Virus record (IMG/VR): IMGVR_UViG_3300017767_000005
Strand: one strand, 5' to 3'
Length of the DNA stretch: 64,000 bases
Source: a virus
The notes below the pieces were generated by a model. That model did not search any database, had not been told where the DNA came from, and saw only the letters and a program-made list of their open reading frames with translations. A program made the position numbers and the translations under genes. This document shows, in pieces, positions 18,225 to 26,726 of the stretch (position 1 is its first letter; each line of letters begins with the position of its first letter).

Positions 18225-19457
18225 ATGCAATACGACGACATGTTAAACAAAGTAGCCACACAGGTAAAGATTGACCCCGAAGCACTATCAGCAAAGGCTG
18301 ATGGTATTCTAGCACAGGAGGGGGCCGGTTGGCAAGCCTCCGGTAAGACAGAAGAGGAATGTAAAGTCCTTGCTCTAAGAGTAGCCGCACGACAAGTAGC
18401 GGCTGATTCTGCCCGTCTTGCTCGTAGTGGTGCTGACCTATACGAAGGTATGTTCGTTTCTGTTCCAAGACATAAGGATTGGGCGGGAATGGCTTACAAG
18501 AAAATGAAGGGTACATTAGACACTCTTGATACTGATGGTCGCTTGGCACTTGTAACTCAAGGTGCGGTGCAAATCTTTGAGGATAACCATGATGGCTCTT
18601 TCTCTTGTCACTACAACCCTTCTTTAGAGGCAAAACAAACCTTTGAGGAAGATGTTGCTACGAAGGACATTCAATCACTACCAAAGCGAAGTATGGCTCT
18701 AACAGATGGGACACACTTCAGTTTGATTTGGGACAAAAATAACATGCAGTTTGCAAACGGTAATCCCAACTTCAAGTATGGTTCTCTAAGACCGCTTGAG
18801 GAATTAGACCGTACTTGTATCTTCTATGGTCGTAATGCGGCTGGTAACGGTAATGTCGGACAAATCGAAATCCGTCTAAGTGGTGAACAGGCTAAGGTTC
18901 AATTCCCAACATTCGTGACCGGCACTATTGGTCTAAAGACGGCTAACAGGGCTGGACTATGTTATGGCACTAAGGCTACGCAATTCAATGCAGACCCTTC
19001 AAAGTCTGACATCTTCGGACAACCACCTTTGGTTCTAACAGATGGTGCGCCAAGCGGTATTGTTGCTGATTGGCTCGGTGAAACTCTTCTGCCTTCGCTT
19101 GAGAAGTGTGCTGAAGTTTACGATACTTTAGACCAAAAAGAAAAGTGGAATACCACTTTCGCTACTATTGTTGAAGTCGTTCACATCGACCCAAGAGAGC
19201 GTGGCGGATTTGTTGTATCACTTGCTGACACAGATATTATGTCCGGTGCGCCCGTCATTGACATGATTGTTCCATCGGAACATGAAGGTGAAGTTGACTT
19301 TGGTATCGGTTCTGAAATCGTTATCATTGGTTCTCCGTGGACTACCAAAGAAGGTGAATTAAGATTCTCAACAAGTGGTTGGTGGTGTGTAAACGCTATG
19401 ACTCCACTTGCAGATACAATGGATGCTGACACAGAAACCGGATGGGATGCCGAGTGA
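18225..19457 (+). CDS. Probable single-stranded DNA-binding protein (OB-fold)
   Basis: N-terminal helical domain, beta-rich OB-like repeats, acidic tail DTMDADTETGWDAE; replication context. Confidence 0.6.
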   Translation: MQYDDMLNKVATQVKIDPEALSAKADGILAQEGAGWQASGKTEEECKVLALRVAARQVAADSARLARSGADLYEGMFVSVPRHKDWAGMAYKKMKGTLDTLDTDGRLALVTQGAVQIFEDNHDGSFSCHYNPSLEAKQTFEEDVATKDIQSLPKRSMALTDGTHFSLIWDKNNMQFANGNPNFKYGSLRPLEELDRTCIFYGRNAAGNGNVGQIEIRLSGEQAKVQFPTFVTGTIGLKTANRAGLCYGTKATQFNADPSKSDIFGQPPLVLTDGAPSGIVADWLGETLLPSLEKCAEVYDTLDQKEKWNTTFATIVEVVHIDPRERGGFVVSLADTDIMSGAPVIDMIVPSEHEGEVDFGIGSEIVIIGSPWTTKEGELRFSTSGWWCVNAMTPLADTMDADTETGWDAE

Positions 19458-19756
19458 GTGACGGTTGGGTTTCTGATGAATTGCGTGAGTGTAAGACTAA
19501 AGCCGTAGGTGACTATGTTCTTCTCAAATCCCGCAAACAAGCGGGTGTGAGGGATGAAGGTAAGATTATCTCTAACTTGTATCGTTGTCGCTACCAAGTA
19601 TTATCTCTCGGTGGAAATGCAAACGCCAAACTATCTTTTACCGTAAAAGAAGGTGACATTGTTTTCATCAGTAAGGATGATGTATTCAACATTGACGGGA
19701 TGCTATTCTGCAAGTGGGATGCAATCGCTTGTGTTTGTTACGAAGGTGAAGATTAA
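19454..19756 (+). CDS. groES: GroES-like co-chaperonin
   Basis: AVGDYVLL, VLSLG, VKEGDIVF, IDG; TAATG-coupled to groEL; GTG start overlaps the SSB stop. Confidence 0.75.
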   Translation: MSDGWVSDELRECKTKAVGDYVLLKSRKQAGVRDEGKIISNLYRCRYQVLSLGGNANAKLSFTVKEGDIVFISKDDVFNIDGMLFCKWDAIACVCYEGED

Positions 19757-21315
19757 TGACTAATGTAATTACAGGATTGCGAGCGAGAAAGGCTTTGCTA
19801 AAGGGTATCAACCTTGTCGGTGATGCAGTAAAGGGAACATTAGGGCCGCAAGCAAGAACGGCAGTTATCGGGAGAGGCAACCTTCCCCCAATGATTCTAA
19901 ACGATGGTGTTTCTATTGTCGAAGCGGTTCATTCTGATATGCCCGAAGTGCAAGTAGGTATTCAGTTAATCCAACAAGTCGCCAAGCAAGCACAGAAGGC
20001 TTCGGGTGACGGAACGACTACTGCTACTCTCATAGCACAAGCATTGTGTAATTCGGCCTTTGAATGGATAGAGCGAGGTATGAGTCCGGTTGAAGTATTC
20101 AATCAGATTGACAAAGCGAGCCGAGTTGCTATTTCTTTCCTAAAAGAAGATAGTATGCCTATCTCAACAAAGGACTTGGAATCCTTGAAGTATGTCGCTA
20201 CTATCGCGGCAAATAACGACTCCGAATTAGGAGATATGATTGCTGAAATCTTTTACAAGAAGGGTGTTGAATGTTCTATTACTCTTGAACCATCCTTCGA
20301 TGGTAAAACGGGTTACAAGATTGTTGACGGGTTTGAAATGCCATCCGGTTTAGTGAGTCCAATGTTCGCTACCAACGGTGAGTGTGTTTTGGAAAACCCT
20401 GTTATAGTTATCACAAAAGAAACCATCACGGAGTTTGAAGATATTACACCGGCACTACAAATAGCCGTTGAAGAATCTCGGCCTATCTTATTCGTTGTTG
20501 ATAATATGAAGGGTGTCGCATTGTCGAACCTTCTTGTCAATAGTATTAAGGGAATTGTAAATGCGGCAGTTGTTCGTATTGCTGGTTACGGTGACGGCAA
20601 AGAGGAATGGTATGAAGATGTAGGTCTGATTGCTAATGCTCATGTATTCTCCGGTATCGGTGCTGATAGTATTTCACATATTCAAAAGGATGCAGGTCAC
20701 TTCGGTTCTGTACGAAGAGTGACTTGTAATTCTGAATCCACTACAATTGTTGGTAGTAGTGCCGCCGAACATGAGTCTATGCCGGAAAGAATAGCGGCAA
20801 AAGTATATGGTCACAATGGTTTGGTTCATCAAAGGGATGAAGCAGAACATACTTTTGATAAGGAAAAACTAAGTCAAAGGATTGCTCGTTTTGACGGTGG
20901 TATATGTTCTATCCAAGTCGGCGGTATGACTGACTTAGAAGCCACCGAAAGGCGAGAGCGTATTGATGATGCTATCAATGCTACCAAACTCGCAATCCAA
21001 GGCGGTGTAAGTGTTGGTGGTGGTTTGGCTCTCAAACATCTTGGTTCTGCTTCGGAGTCAAGTGTCATGGCCGTTGCTTTGGATGCACCTTTCAATACCT
21101 TGTGCGAGAATGCCAACATTTCTCCCGAAGCAATATGGAATGTTAGTAAGCCTAATATCGGCATGGATTTCAAGACAATGCTAAAGACAGACTTGATAGA
21201 AGCGGGTATTCTTGACCCGACACAGGTAGTAGTCAATTCGCTAACAGTGGCGGTGTCAATCGCTAAGTTAGTGTTACTTACAGATACGGTTATTTTACCG
21301 AGAGAGGATTTGTAG
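19756..21315 (+). CDS. groEL: Group I (GroEL-like) chaperonin
   Basis: TLGP, NDGVSI, GDGTTTAT, IAANND, AVEESRPIL, ERIDDAINAT, GGG, GILDP. Confidence 0.92.
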   Translation: MTNVITGLRARKALLKGINLVGDAVKGTLGPQARTAVIGRGNLPPMILNDGVSIVEAVHSDMPEVQVGIQLIQQVAKQAQKASGDGTTTATLIAQALCNSAFEWIERGMSPVEVFNQIDKASRVAISFLKEDSMPISTKDLESLKYVATIAANNDSELGDMIAEIFYKKGVECSITLEPSFDGKTGYKIVDGFEMPSGLVSPMFATNGECVLENPVIVITKETITEFEDITPALQIAVEESRPILFVVDNMKGVALSNLLVNSIKGIVNAAVVRIAGYGDGKEEWYEDVGLIANAHVFSGIGADSISHIQKDAGHFGSVRRVTCNSESTTIVGSSAAEHESMPERIAAKVYGHNGLVHQRDEAEHTFDKEKLSQRIARFDGGICSIQVGGMTDLEATERRERIDDAINATKLAIQGGVSVGGGLALKHLGSASESSVMAVALDAPFNTLCENANISPEAIWNVSKPNIGMDFKTMLKTDLIEAGILDPTQVVVNSLTVAVSIAKLVLLTDTVILPREDL

Positions 21316-21350
21316 GCATGTTTATATGCTATATATGATAAGGTGATAAT

Positions 21351-22286
21351 ATGACTTGGGGAGATACTAAGAAAGCGGCAACAAAGACCGAACCTGCAAA
21401 GACAGGATTTGGGAAAGAATACTATCGAGGATTGTTTGAGAACAATACTGCTCAATCCGTTCCGGTGCGAATGGCATTGGTAGCAAAGGAGAATTGTGCT
21501 AAGAGTGGACTTGCTATTGACCTAGCAAGACAAGTTAGACCAAAGGGTAAAATATACATCATTGATGTCGATAATAGCGCAAAGGCTACCATCGACGCAG
21601 TATATCCTAAAGATAAGGATATTATAGTATTGCCTCTATTGGATGAGCGCGATGAATCAATTTACAATGAGGATTCCACTATTAACTACGCTTGTTTAAT
21701 CGACAAGGCTAACTTCTATGTCAACATTTTGGCTGACAAGGCCAAAGAAGGAGAGGACATAGCGGCTATTGTATTCGACGGTGGTTCAACATTCCTAAAG
21801 TGGTGCGAACACGCTATGACTACTATCTTGTTACGCAAAGGTGTAATCAAGGAAGAGGGTGACTCGTTCAATCAGAAGGAGTGGCGTACTCGTAATCAAT
21901 CGTTCCGTGAAGTTATGACTAGATTGCATGGACTTGCAGTACCTTCTGTATTCTTTACTTTCCACCTAAAAGATGTTAGCAATTATGTTGACAATGGTAA
22001 CGGTGGCAAGGTTCTAATGAAGATTGGTGAAAGGCCGGAATGGGAAAAGGGTACTATGCGACTCTTCTCTCAACAGATTTTCCTATCTCGTTACATGCGA
22101 AAGGCTGATGCGGCGGCAGGTGTCAAGGCAGACCCCAAACTCAAGGATGAGGAATGGGTAATCAAGGCTACGCTTGAGGAAATCAAGGGTAAGCACATGG
22201 AACATGTCGGCGAAACTCACGAAGTATTATCGGTAAAGAAAGGCGAAGTTAAGTGGTCGGGACTACCGTTCCTAAATTGGAAGTGA
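21351..22286 (+). CDS. RecA-fold ATPase (Sak4/RadA-like recombinase candidate)
   Basis: Degenerate Walker A AKENCAKS, IIDVD, Walker B-like IVFDGGS, FHLK. Confidence 0.6.
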   Translation: MTWGDTKKAATKTEPAKTGFGKEYYRGLFENNTAQSVPVRMALVAKENCAKSGLAIDLARQVRPKGKIYIIDVDNSAKATIDAVYPKDKDIIVLPLLDERDESIYNEDSTINYACLIDKANFYVNILADKAKEGEDIAAIVFDGGSTFLKWCEHAMTTILLRKGVIKEEGDSFNQKEWRTRNQSFREVMTRLHGLAVPSVFFTFHLKDVSNYVDNGNGGKVLMKIGERPEWEKGTMRLFSQQIFLSRYMRKADAAAGVKADPKLKDEEWVIKATLEEIKGKHMEHVGETHEVLSVKKGEVKWSGLPFLNWK

Positions 22287-22290
22287 TACT

Positions 22291-22548
22291 ATGGTCGATG
22301 AAAGTCACATACTAGACATTTACAAACATCTTCAGAAGATGTCTAAGTTTCAAACCGAAATTATCAATGAATTAGTTTTGTTGAAGCAAGAGGTTCAGTC
22401 CATCAAGCGTATTATCACAGAAGGTTTGGTTGAAGATACTCAAATCCGAGGACAGACTGATAAGTTGTTCAGTGCAGTTATGGAGTTGCAAGAATCCCAA
22501 CCAAGTATCTTAGCACATCAATTAGTTGACAGGGAGAGGCTACAATGA
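22291..22548 (+). CDS. Coiled-coil hypothetical protein
   Basis: Heptad pattern; AAGTGA SD. Confidence 0.6.
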   Translation: MVDESHILDIYKHLQKMSKFQTEIINELVLLKQEVQSIKRIITEGLVEDTQIRGQTDKLFSAVMELQESQPSILAHQLVDRERLQ

Positions 22549-23387
22549 CCGTAAAAGTAAACAATGCAGTTTTGCAGAATCTATTGACTATTTCTAAGAG
22601 AAAACAAACCGTTAATGGTAAGGGTCAATCACAGGTTGATTCTTGTATCTTGTCATGTGATGGCAACAATGTTTCCATTATGAGTTTGACAAGGGATATG
22701 ACAGGATTGACTTATGTTGAAGGTAACACTACAACCGATGGCGTTACTTCTCTCAACCCTAAGACATTGATTCCCATACCGGACATTGACAGGGTGCTTG
22801 GTATTCTCAAGATGCACAGTCAAGCAGTTACTCTAACTTATGATGGTGCTACTAACAAGTTGAAGTTTAAGTCTGCAAACAAACAGACTACACTTGATGC
22901 TTCACTTGATGCTAAGGCTTTCTCGCATAGCACTGAAACCCTAACTACCTTTAGGGAGAAAAGTATGTCGCTTGCCGACAGGATTGATGTAGGTAACGCT
23001 ACTTACACTACTGCTGGTGGTGAGAAGATTGATTCCACTATCCACTATGAGTTTGATTGTACCGAATTGTATGAGGCACTTAGATGCGACAATATCAACG
23101 GACAACGATTGAATCTATACAAGTTTGAAGGTGGTGGTTCCACTCTCAAGATTACAGTAGGCGACCCACACTTGGGACAGACTACTACTACTTTAAGCGG
23201 AAAAAGAGATGCTATACCTAAGTGGGAATGTGAGTTTGATGGTGGTCTTGACGACCTGTTCAAACATTTCCACGGTGAATGTCTAATCAGTATCTTTGAC
23301 TTTACTAAGTTTGGTCAAGGTTACAGAATGCTAATCAATTTCAACAATGGTTCGTGGGCTTTCCATGCGGCATTGTTGAAGAATTAA
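22545..23387 (+). CDS. pcn: DNA sliding clamp (PCNA-like)
   Basis: 280 aa with two alpha/beta repeats of clamp pattern (SIMSLTRDMTGLTYVE; IDRVLGILK...VTLTY...KLKF); RFC and PolB present. Confidence 0.65.
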   Translation: MTVKVNNAVLQNLLTISKRKQTVNGKGQSQVDSCILSCDGNNVSIMSLTRDMTGLTYVEGNTTTDGVTSLNPKTLIPIPDIDRVLGILKMHSQAVTLTYDGATNKLKFKSANKQTTLDASLDAKAFSHSTETLTTFREKSMSLADRIDVGNATYTTAGGEKIDSTIHYEFDCTELYEALRCDNINGQRLNLYKFEGGGSTLKITVGDPHLGQTTTTLSGKRDAIPKWECEFDGGLDDLFKHFHGECLISIFDFTKFGQGYRMLINFNNGSWAFHAALLKN

Positions 23388-23501
23388 TACTACATGGGGA
23401 GTTTGCGTGAATAAAAACGAAGAGTCAGCCTCCACTGTGCGACGGGTATTGTGTTTCGCCTGTTTCGTTCTCCCCTCCCGTATTTTTTTCAAGGTGATAC
23501 C

Positions 23502-23837
23502 ATGAGTGTTATGAATCTCAAGAACGGGGCTTTGCGTAACCTTGACCTAAAACAGACAAACGATTTGTTACTAATAATAGACGGTAAAGTAAGTAAGCGT
23601 AAGCGATACTTGAAGGTTGCATTGTTAGCGGCTTTGACTTACGACTTTGAAGGTGACAGTTTCTATCTTGCGAGCGAAGTCGCTAAGAGAGCGCAACGAT
23701 ACACTAACAAGAATTGCGATATGACAAGTAAAGTTGCGGGTAATCTATTAGGTAATATGTATCGTATGGGTATCTTGGAACGAACAACCGCCCCTCCACA
23801 CAATTACAGATTGAAGGAGGAATATAGGGTTGTCTGA
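23502..23837 (+). CDS. Winged-helix DNA-binding protein
   Basis: AAGGTGA SD; LASEVAKRA...VAGNLLGNMYRMGILE...YRL. Confidence 0.7.
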   Translation: MSVMNLKNGALRNLDLKQTNDLLLIIDGKVSKRKRYLKVALLAALTYDFEGDSFYLASEVAKRAQRYTNKNCDMTSKVAGNLLGNMYRMGILERTTAPPHNYRLKEEYRVV

Positions 23838-24861
23838 TGTTACTATTCATGTGGGAGATTGTATCGAGCAGATGCGTAACATTCCCGATGAATCCGTTGA
23901 TACTGTAATCACAAGTCCTCCGTATTGGGGATTGCGTGACTATGGCGGTGACGGCAGGGTTTGGGGAAATCGTTATTGTGACCGAGAAGGTGTGATTTTT
24001 CCGAACCACGAATGGGAAGGTTACACAAGACCAAGTGAGAATACCCGTAAAAATAATAATTCGTTGCAATTGAAATCAGCATATTGGGAACCCCAAGAAC
24101 AAGCGTTCTGCAAACATTGTGATGCGTGGTTCGGACAGTTAGGACTTGAACCAACGCACGAACAATATGTTAAAAATATGGTAAAAGTATTTGATGAAGT
24201 CAAGCGTATTCTCAAACCCGAAGGCACACTATGGTTGAATCTAGGCGATTCTTACTGTGCAGGTAGTCGTAAGTCCAATGTCGGACAAACTATGCACGAA
24301 GGGGATGAGAGAACACTACCAACACAAATGCGTAATCAAGCAAGTGGTAGTTTGAAGGGTAAGGATTTAGTAGGCATCCCTTGGAAGGTAGCACTTGCGT
24401 TACGAGAAGCGGGATGGTGGTTACGACAAGATATTATTTGGGCTAAACCAAATTGTATGCCGGAGTCTGTAAAGGATAGATGCACCAAGAACCATGAGTA
24501 TATGTTTTTGCTAACTAAGTCTGCACATTATTACTTCGACCATGAGGCCATAAAAGAAGGGGAAAACAAAAGGAATAAGCGTAGTGTTTGGTGGGTTAGT
24601 CCTAAGCCCTTTGCAGAAGCGCATTTTGCCGTATTCCCTATTGACTTGATTGAGCCTTGTGTGCTTGCAGGTAGTCCCGTTGGTGGCACTGTGTTTGACC
24701 CCTTTGGTGGGTCGGGAACAACTGCGATAGCCGCAATCAAACATGGACGCAACGCGATACTAACTGAATTGAGTCCCGACTATGTTAAAATAGCGGAAAA
24801 AAGAATATCCGATTTCAAACAAACGACAGGGCTTGACAAAGAGGGGGTCGAATGGCTCTAA
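23830..24861 (+). CDS. N4-C/N6-A DNA methyltransferase (beta type)
   Basis: TSPPY, DIIWAKP, FDPFGGSGTT; Cys/His-containing insertion. Confidence 0.93.
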   Translation: MSDVTIHVGDCIEQMRNIPDESVDTVITSPPYWGLRDYGGDGRVWGNRYCDREGVIFPNHEWEGYTRPSENTRKNNNSLQLKSAYWEPQEQAFCKHCDAWFGQLGLEPTHEQYVKNMVKVFDEVKRILKPEGTLWLNLGDSYCAGSRKSNVGQTMHEGDERTLPTQMRNQASGSLKGKDLVGIPWKVALALREAGWWLRQDIIWAKPNCMPESVKDRCTKNHEYMFLLTKSAHYYFDHEAIKEGENKRNKRSVWWVSPKPFAEAHFAVFPIDLIEPCVLAGSPVGGTVFDPFGGSGTTAIAAIKHGRNAILTELSPDYVKIAEKRISDFKQTTGLDKEGVEWL

Positions 24862-25463
24862 AGAGGGTTCTTAATTTGTATTCAGGTATTGGTGGTAATA
24901 GGGAGTTATGGAAAGATTGCGAAGTAACTGCCGTTGAAATTGATGAGGATATTGCTAACTTTTACGCTAAAAGGTTTCCTCAAGACGAAGTTATTGTGGG
25001 TGACGCACATCAATTTCTTTTAGACAATTACGAAGATTTTGATTTCATTTGGAGTAGTCCTCCTTGTCCTTCTCATAGTCGAGCGCGATTTTGGAATGAG
25101 AAGGCTGAAAGACTTTATCCCGATATGAGTTTGTATCAAGAGATTTTGTTTTTACAACATCACTTTGACGGTGGTTTTATTATCGAAAATGTAGTACCTT
25201 ACTACGAACCTTTGATTGAAGGAACGAAGATAGGGAGGCATATGTTTTGGTCTAACTTTGATTTGAATGTCAATTACAAGAACGATAGAATAAAGACCGA
25301 AAGGGGTAATTTGGAAACATTTGAAGAGGAATGTGGGTTTAGCACAAAGGCTTTAGGTCAATGGAGGAAACGCTATACTGTTCTAAGGAATATGGTTGAC
25401 CCGAAATTAGGTTCGGTTTTGTTTAATAGTTATGATAAAAGTAATAAGGTGGATTGGTTATGA
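24852..25463 (+). CDS. Short C5-cytosine DNA methyltransferase
   Basis: LYSGIGG, VEID, SPPCPSHS, IENV; only 203 aa, so a minimal target-recognition region. Confidence 0.8.
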   Translation: MALKRVLNLYSGIGGNRELWKDCEVTAVEIDEDIANFYAKRFPQDEVIVGDAHQFLLDNYEDFDFIWSSPPCPSHSRARFWNEKAERLYPDMSLYQEILFLQHHFDGGFIIENVVPYYEPLIEGTKIGRHMFWSNFDLNVNYKNDRIKTERGNLETFEEECGFSTKALGQWRKRYTVLRNMVDPKLGSVLFNSYDKSNKVDWL

Positions 25464-25930
25464 CATTTAGTAAACTTGTGTTTTTGGCAACTCACGAAAT
25501 GTTAGAAGAAGTTTGGGGAAAAGAAATACTAACTCCTATCGACAAGGGTTATCCCAATTGCTTTTCTGAAATGTCCTATTGGGTTTTGTTTGAAGAGGAT
25601 GAGCCGGTAGCATACACGGCCTCCAAGGGTTACGGTAGTTTTACTCTTGTTGGTAATACTTATGTTAAAAGTAAGTATAGAAAGCAAGGTAGCCATGGCA
25701 AACTTTTATCGGAAAGGAATAAGAGGCTTCGTGGAGTTTTAGTTACAGTGTTGAATCCAATTGAAGAATCGAATATGCAACATCTTGCTAAGGTGGTTTC
25801 AAGGCTTGGATATACCCAAGTCGAATCATACGATGATGTGGAAGATATTATGGGAAAAGAAATGTATAACGAAATTAGTTTTGGCATAAAACAACAGGTG
25901 TGGAGGAACGATGGCTCGCAAGTGTCTTAG
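25460..25930 (+). CDS. GNAT-family acetyltransferase-like protein
   Basis: Motif A-like NTYVKSKYRKQGSHGKLL; PVAYT beta strand. Confidence 0.6.
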   Translation: MTFSKLVFLATHEMLEEVWGKEILTPIDKGYPNCFSEMSYWVLFEEDEPVAYTASKGYGSFTLVGNTYVKSKYRKQGSHGKLLSERNKRLRGVLVTVLNPIEESNMQHLAKVVSRLGYTQVESYDDVEDIMGKEMYNEISFGIKQQVWRNDGSQVS

Positions 25931-26063
25931 GCGGTGCAGGGAATGTGGTCGAGAAGAAGTGACTAACGCAACACAGTGTATGGTTAGAAGGGCTGATGCA
26001 CACAAATACTCTCATTGGCAAAGGCGCAAGTATTGTGGAACCATGCGTGTAGTGCGTGATTGA
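25911..26063 (+). CDS. Zinc-ribbon microprotein (KYCGTMRV family; not in ORF track)
   Basis: GGAGG SD; translates as MARKCLRRCRECGREE...RKYCGTMRVVRD. Confidence 0.65.
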   Translation: MARKCLRRCRECGREEVTNATQCMVRRADAHKYSHWQRRKYCGTMRVVRD

Positions 26064-26098
26064 TAATGTTTATATGCCATATTTGATACCGTGGTTTT

Positions 26099-26347
26099 AT
26101 GACGATGAGTGACCATCAAGACAGTGAACATTTTGCAGGTGCGCGTGACGAAAGCGAAATCTTGGGTATGTTGGATAAAGCAGAAAGGAAATACAATTAC
26201 CACTATACTACTTACATGGGTAATGGCGGTAGGTTGAATTATGGCGAAAGGATGCACCATGTAAAGCAAATAAAAGCCTTGCAAGGTGTCATTAAAACTC
26301 TTAGGTGGACTCTCGGTGACAAGGAAGTTGACCATCCCCTTGAATAG
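26099..26347 (+). CDS. Hypothetical helical protein
   Basis: Leaderless-type promoter 29 nt upstream. Confidence 0.65.
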   Translation: MTMSDHQDSEHFAGARDESEILGMLDKAERKYNYHYTTYMGNGGRLNYGERMHHVKQIKALQGVIKTLRWTLGDKEVDHPLE

Positions 26348-26382
26348 ATAACCTTATATTGGTATGGTAATTGGTATATATC

Positions 26383-26691
26383 ATGGCAACAGTAATAGAC
26401 CCGACCAACGGCGAATCCGTTGAGTTTGATATTGACTTTAATGATGTGGGAAATCGACGCGTCGAAGCAAAGGCTTCTAACGGTGATACACTGTATCTCG
26501 ATGTAACATACGGTATCAAACCGAGCGACCCTTTGTATCAAGACCGCGATTGGTTGTTAGCGGAGTATTCCGACAATGACCGCACTATGGCAGACATAGC
26601 ACAACAATTCGATGTGACCCCTATGACTATCTATGCTTGGCTTAGGAAACATTCTATCCCAACAAGAAGTCGTGGTCGTAAGAGCCTATGA
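26383..26691 (+). CDS. HTH transcription regulator-like protein
   Basis: DRDWLLAEY...TMADIAQQFDVTPMTIYAWLRKHSIPTR. Confidence 0.8.
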   Translation: MATVIDPTNGESVEFDIDFNDVGNRRVEAKASNGDTLYLDVTYGIKPSDPLYQDRDWLLAEYSDNDRTMADIAQQFDVTPMTIYAWLRKHSIPTRSRGRKSL

Positions 26692-26726
26692 GCATGTTTA
26701 TATACGGTATCTAATACCCTATTTAC

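Noticed and set aside
20874-21455. 193-aa minus-strand ORF
   Set aside because: Antisense to groEL.
23830-25463. Complete restriction-modification system
   Set aside because: No adjacent endonuclease; the window's nucleases have replication/recombination signatures.
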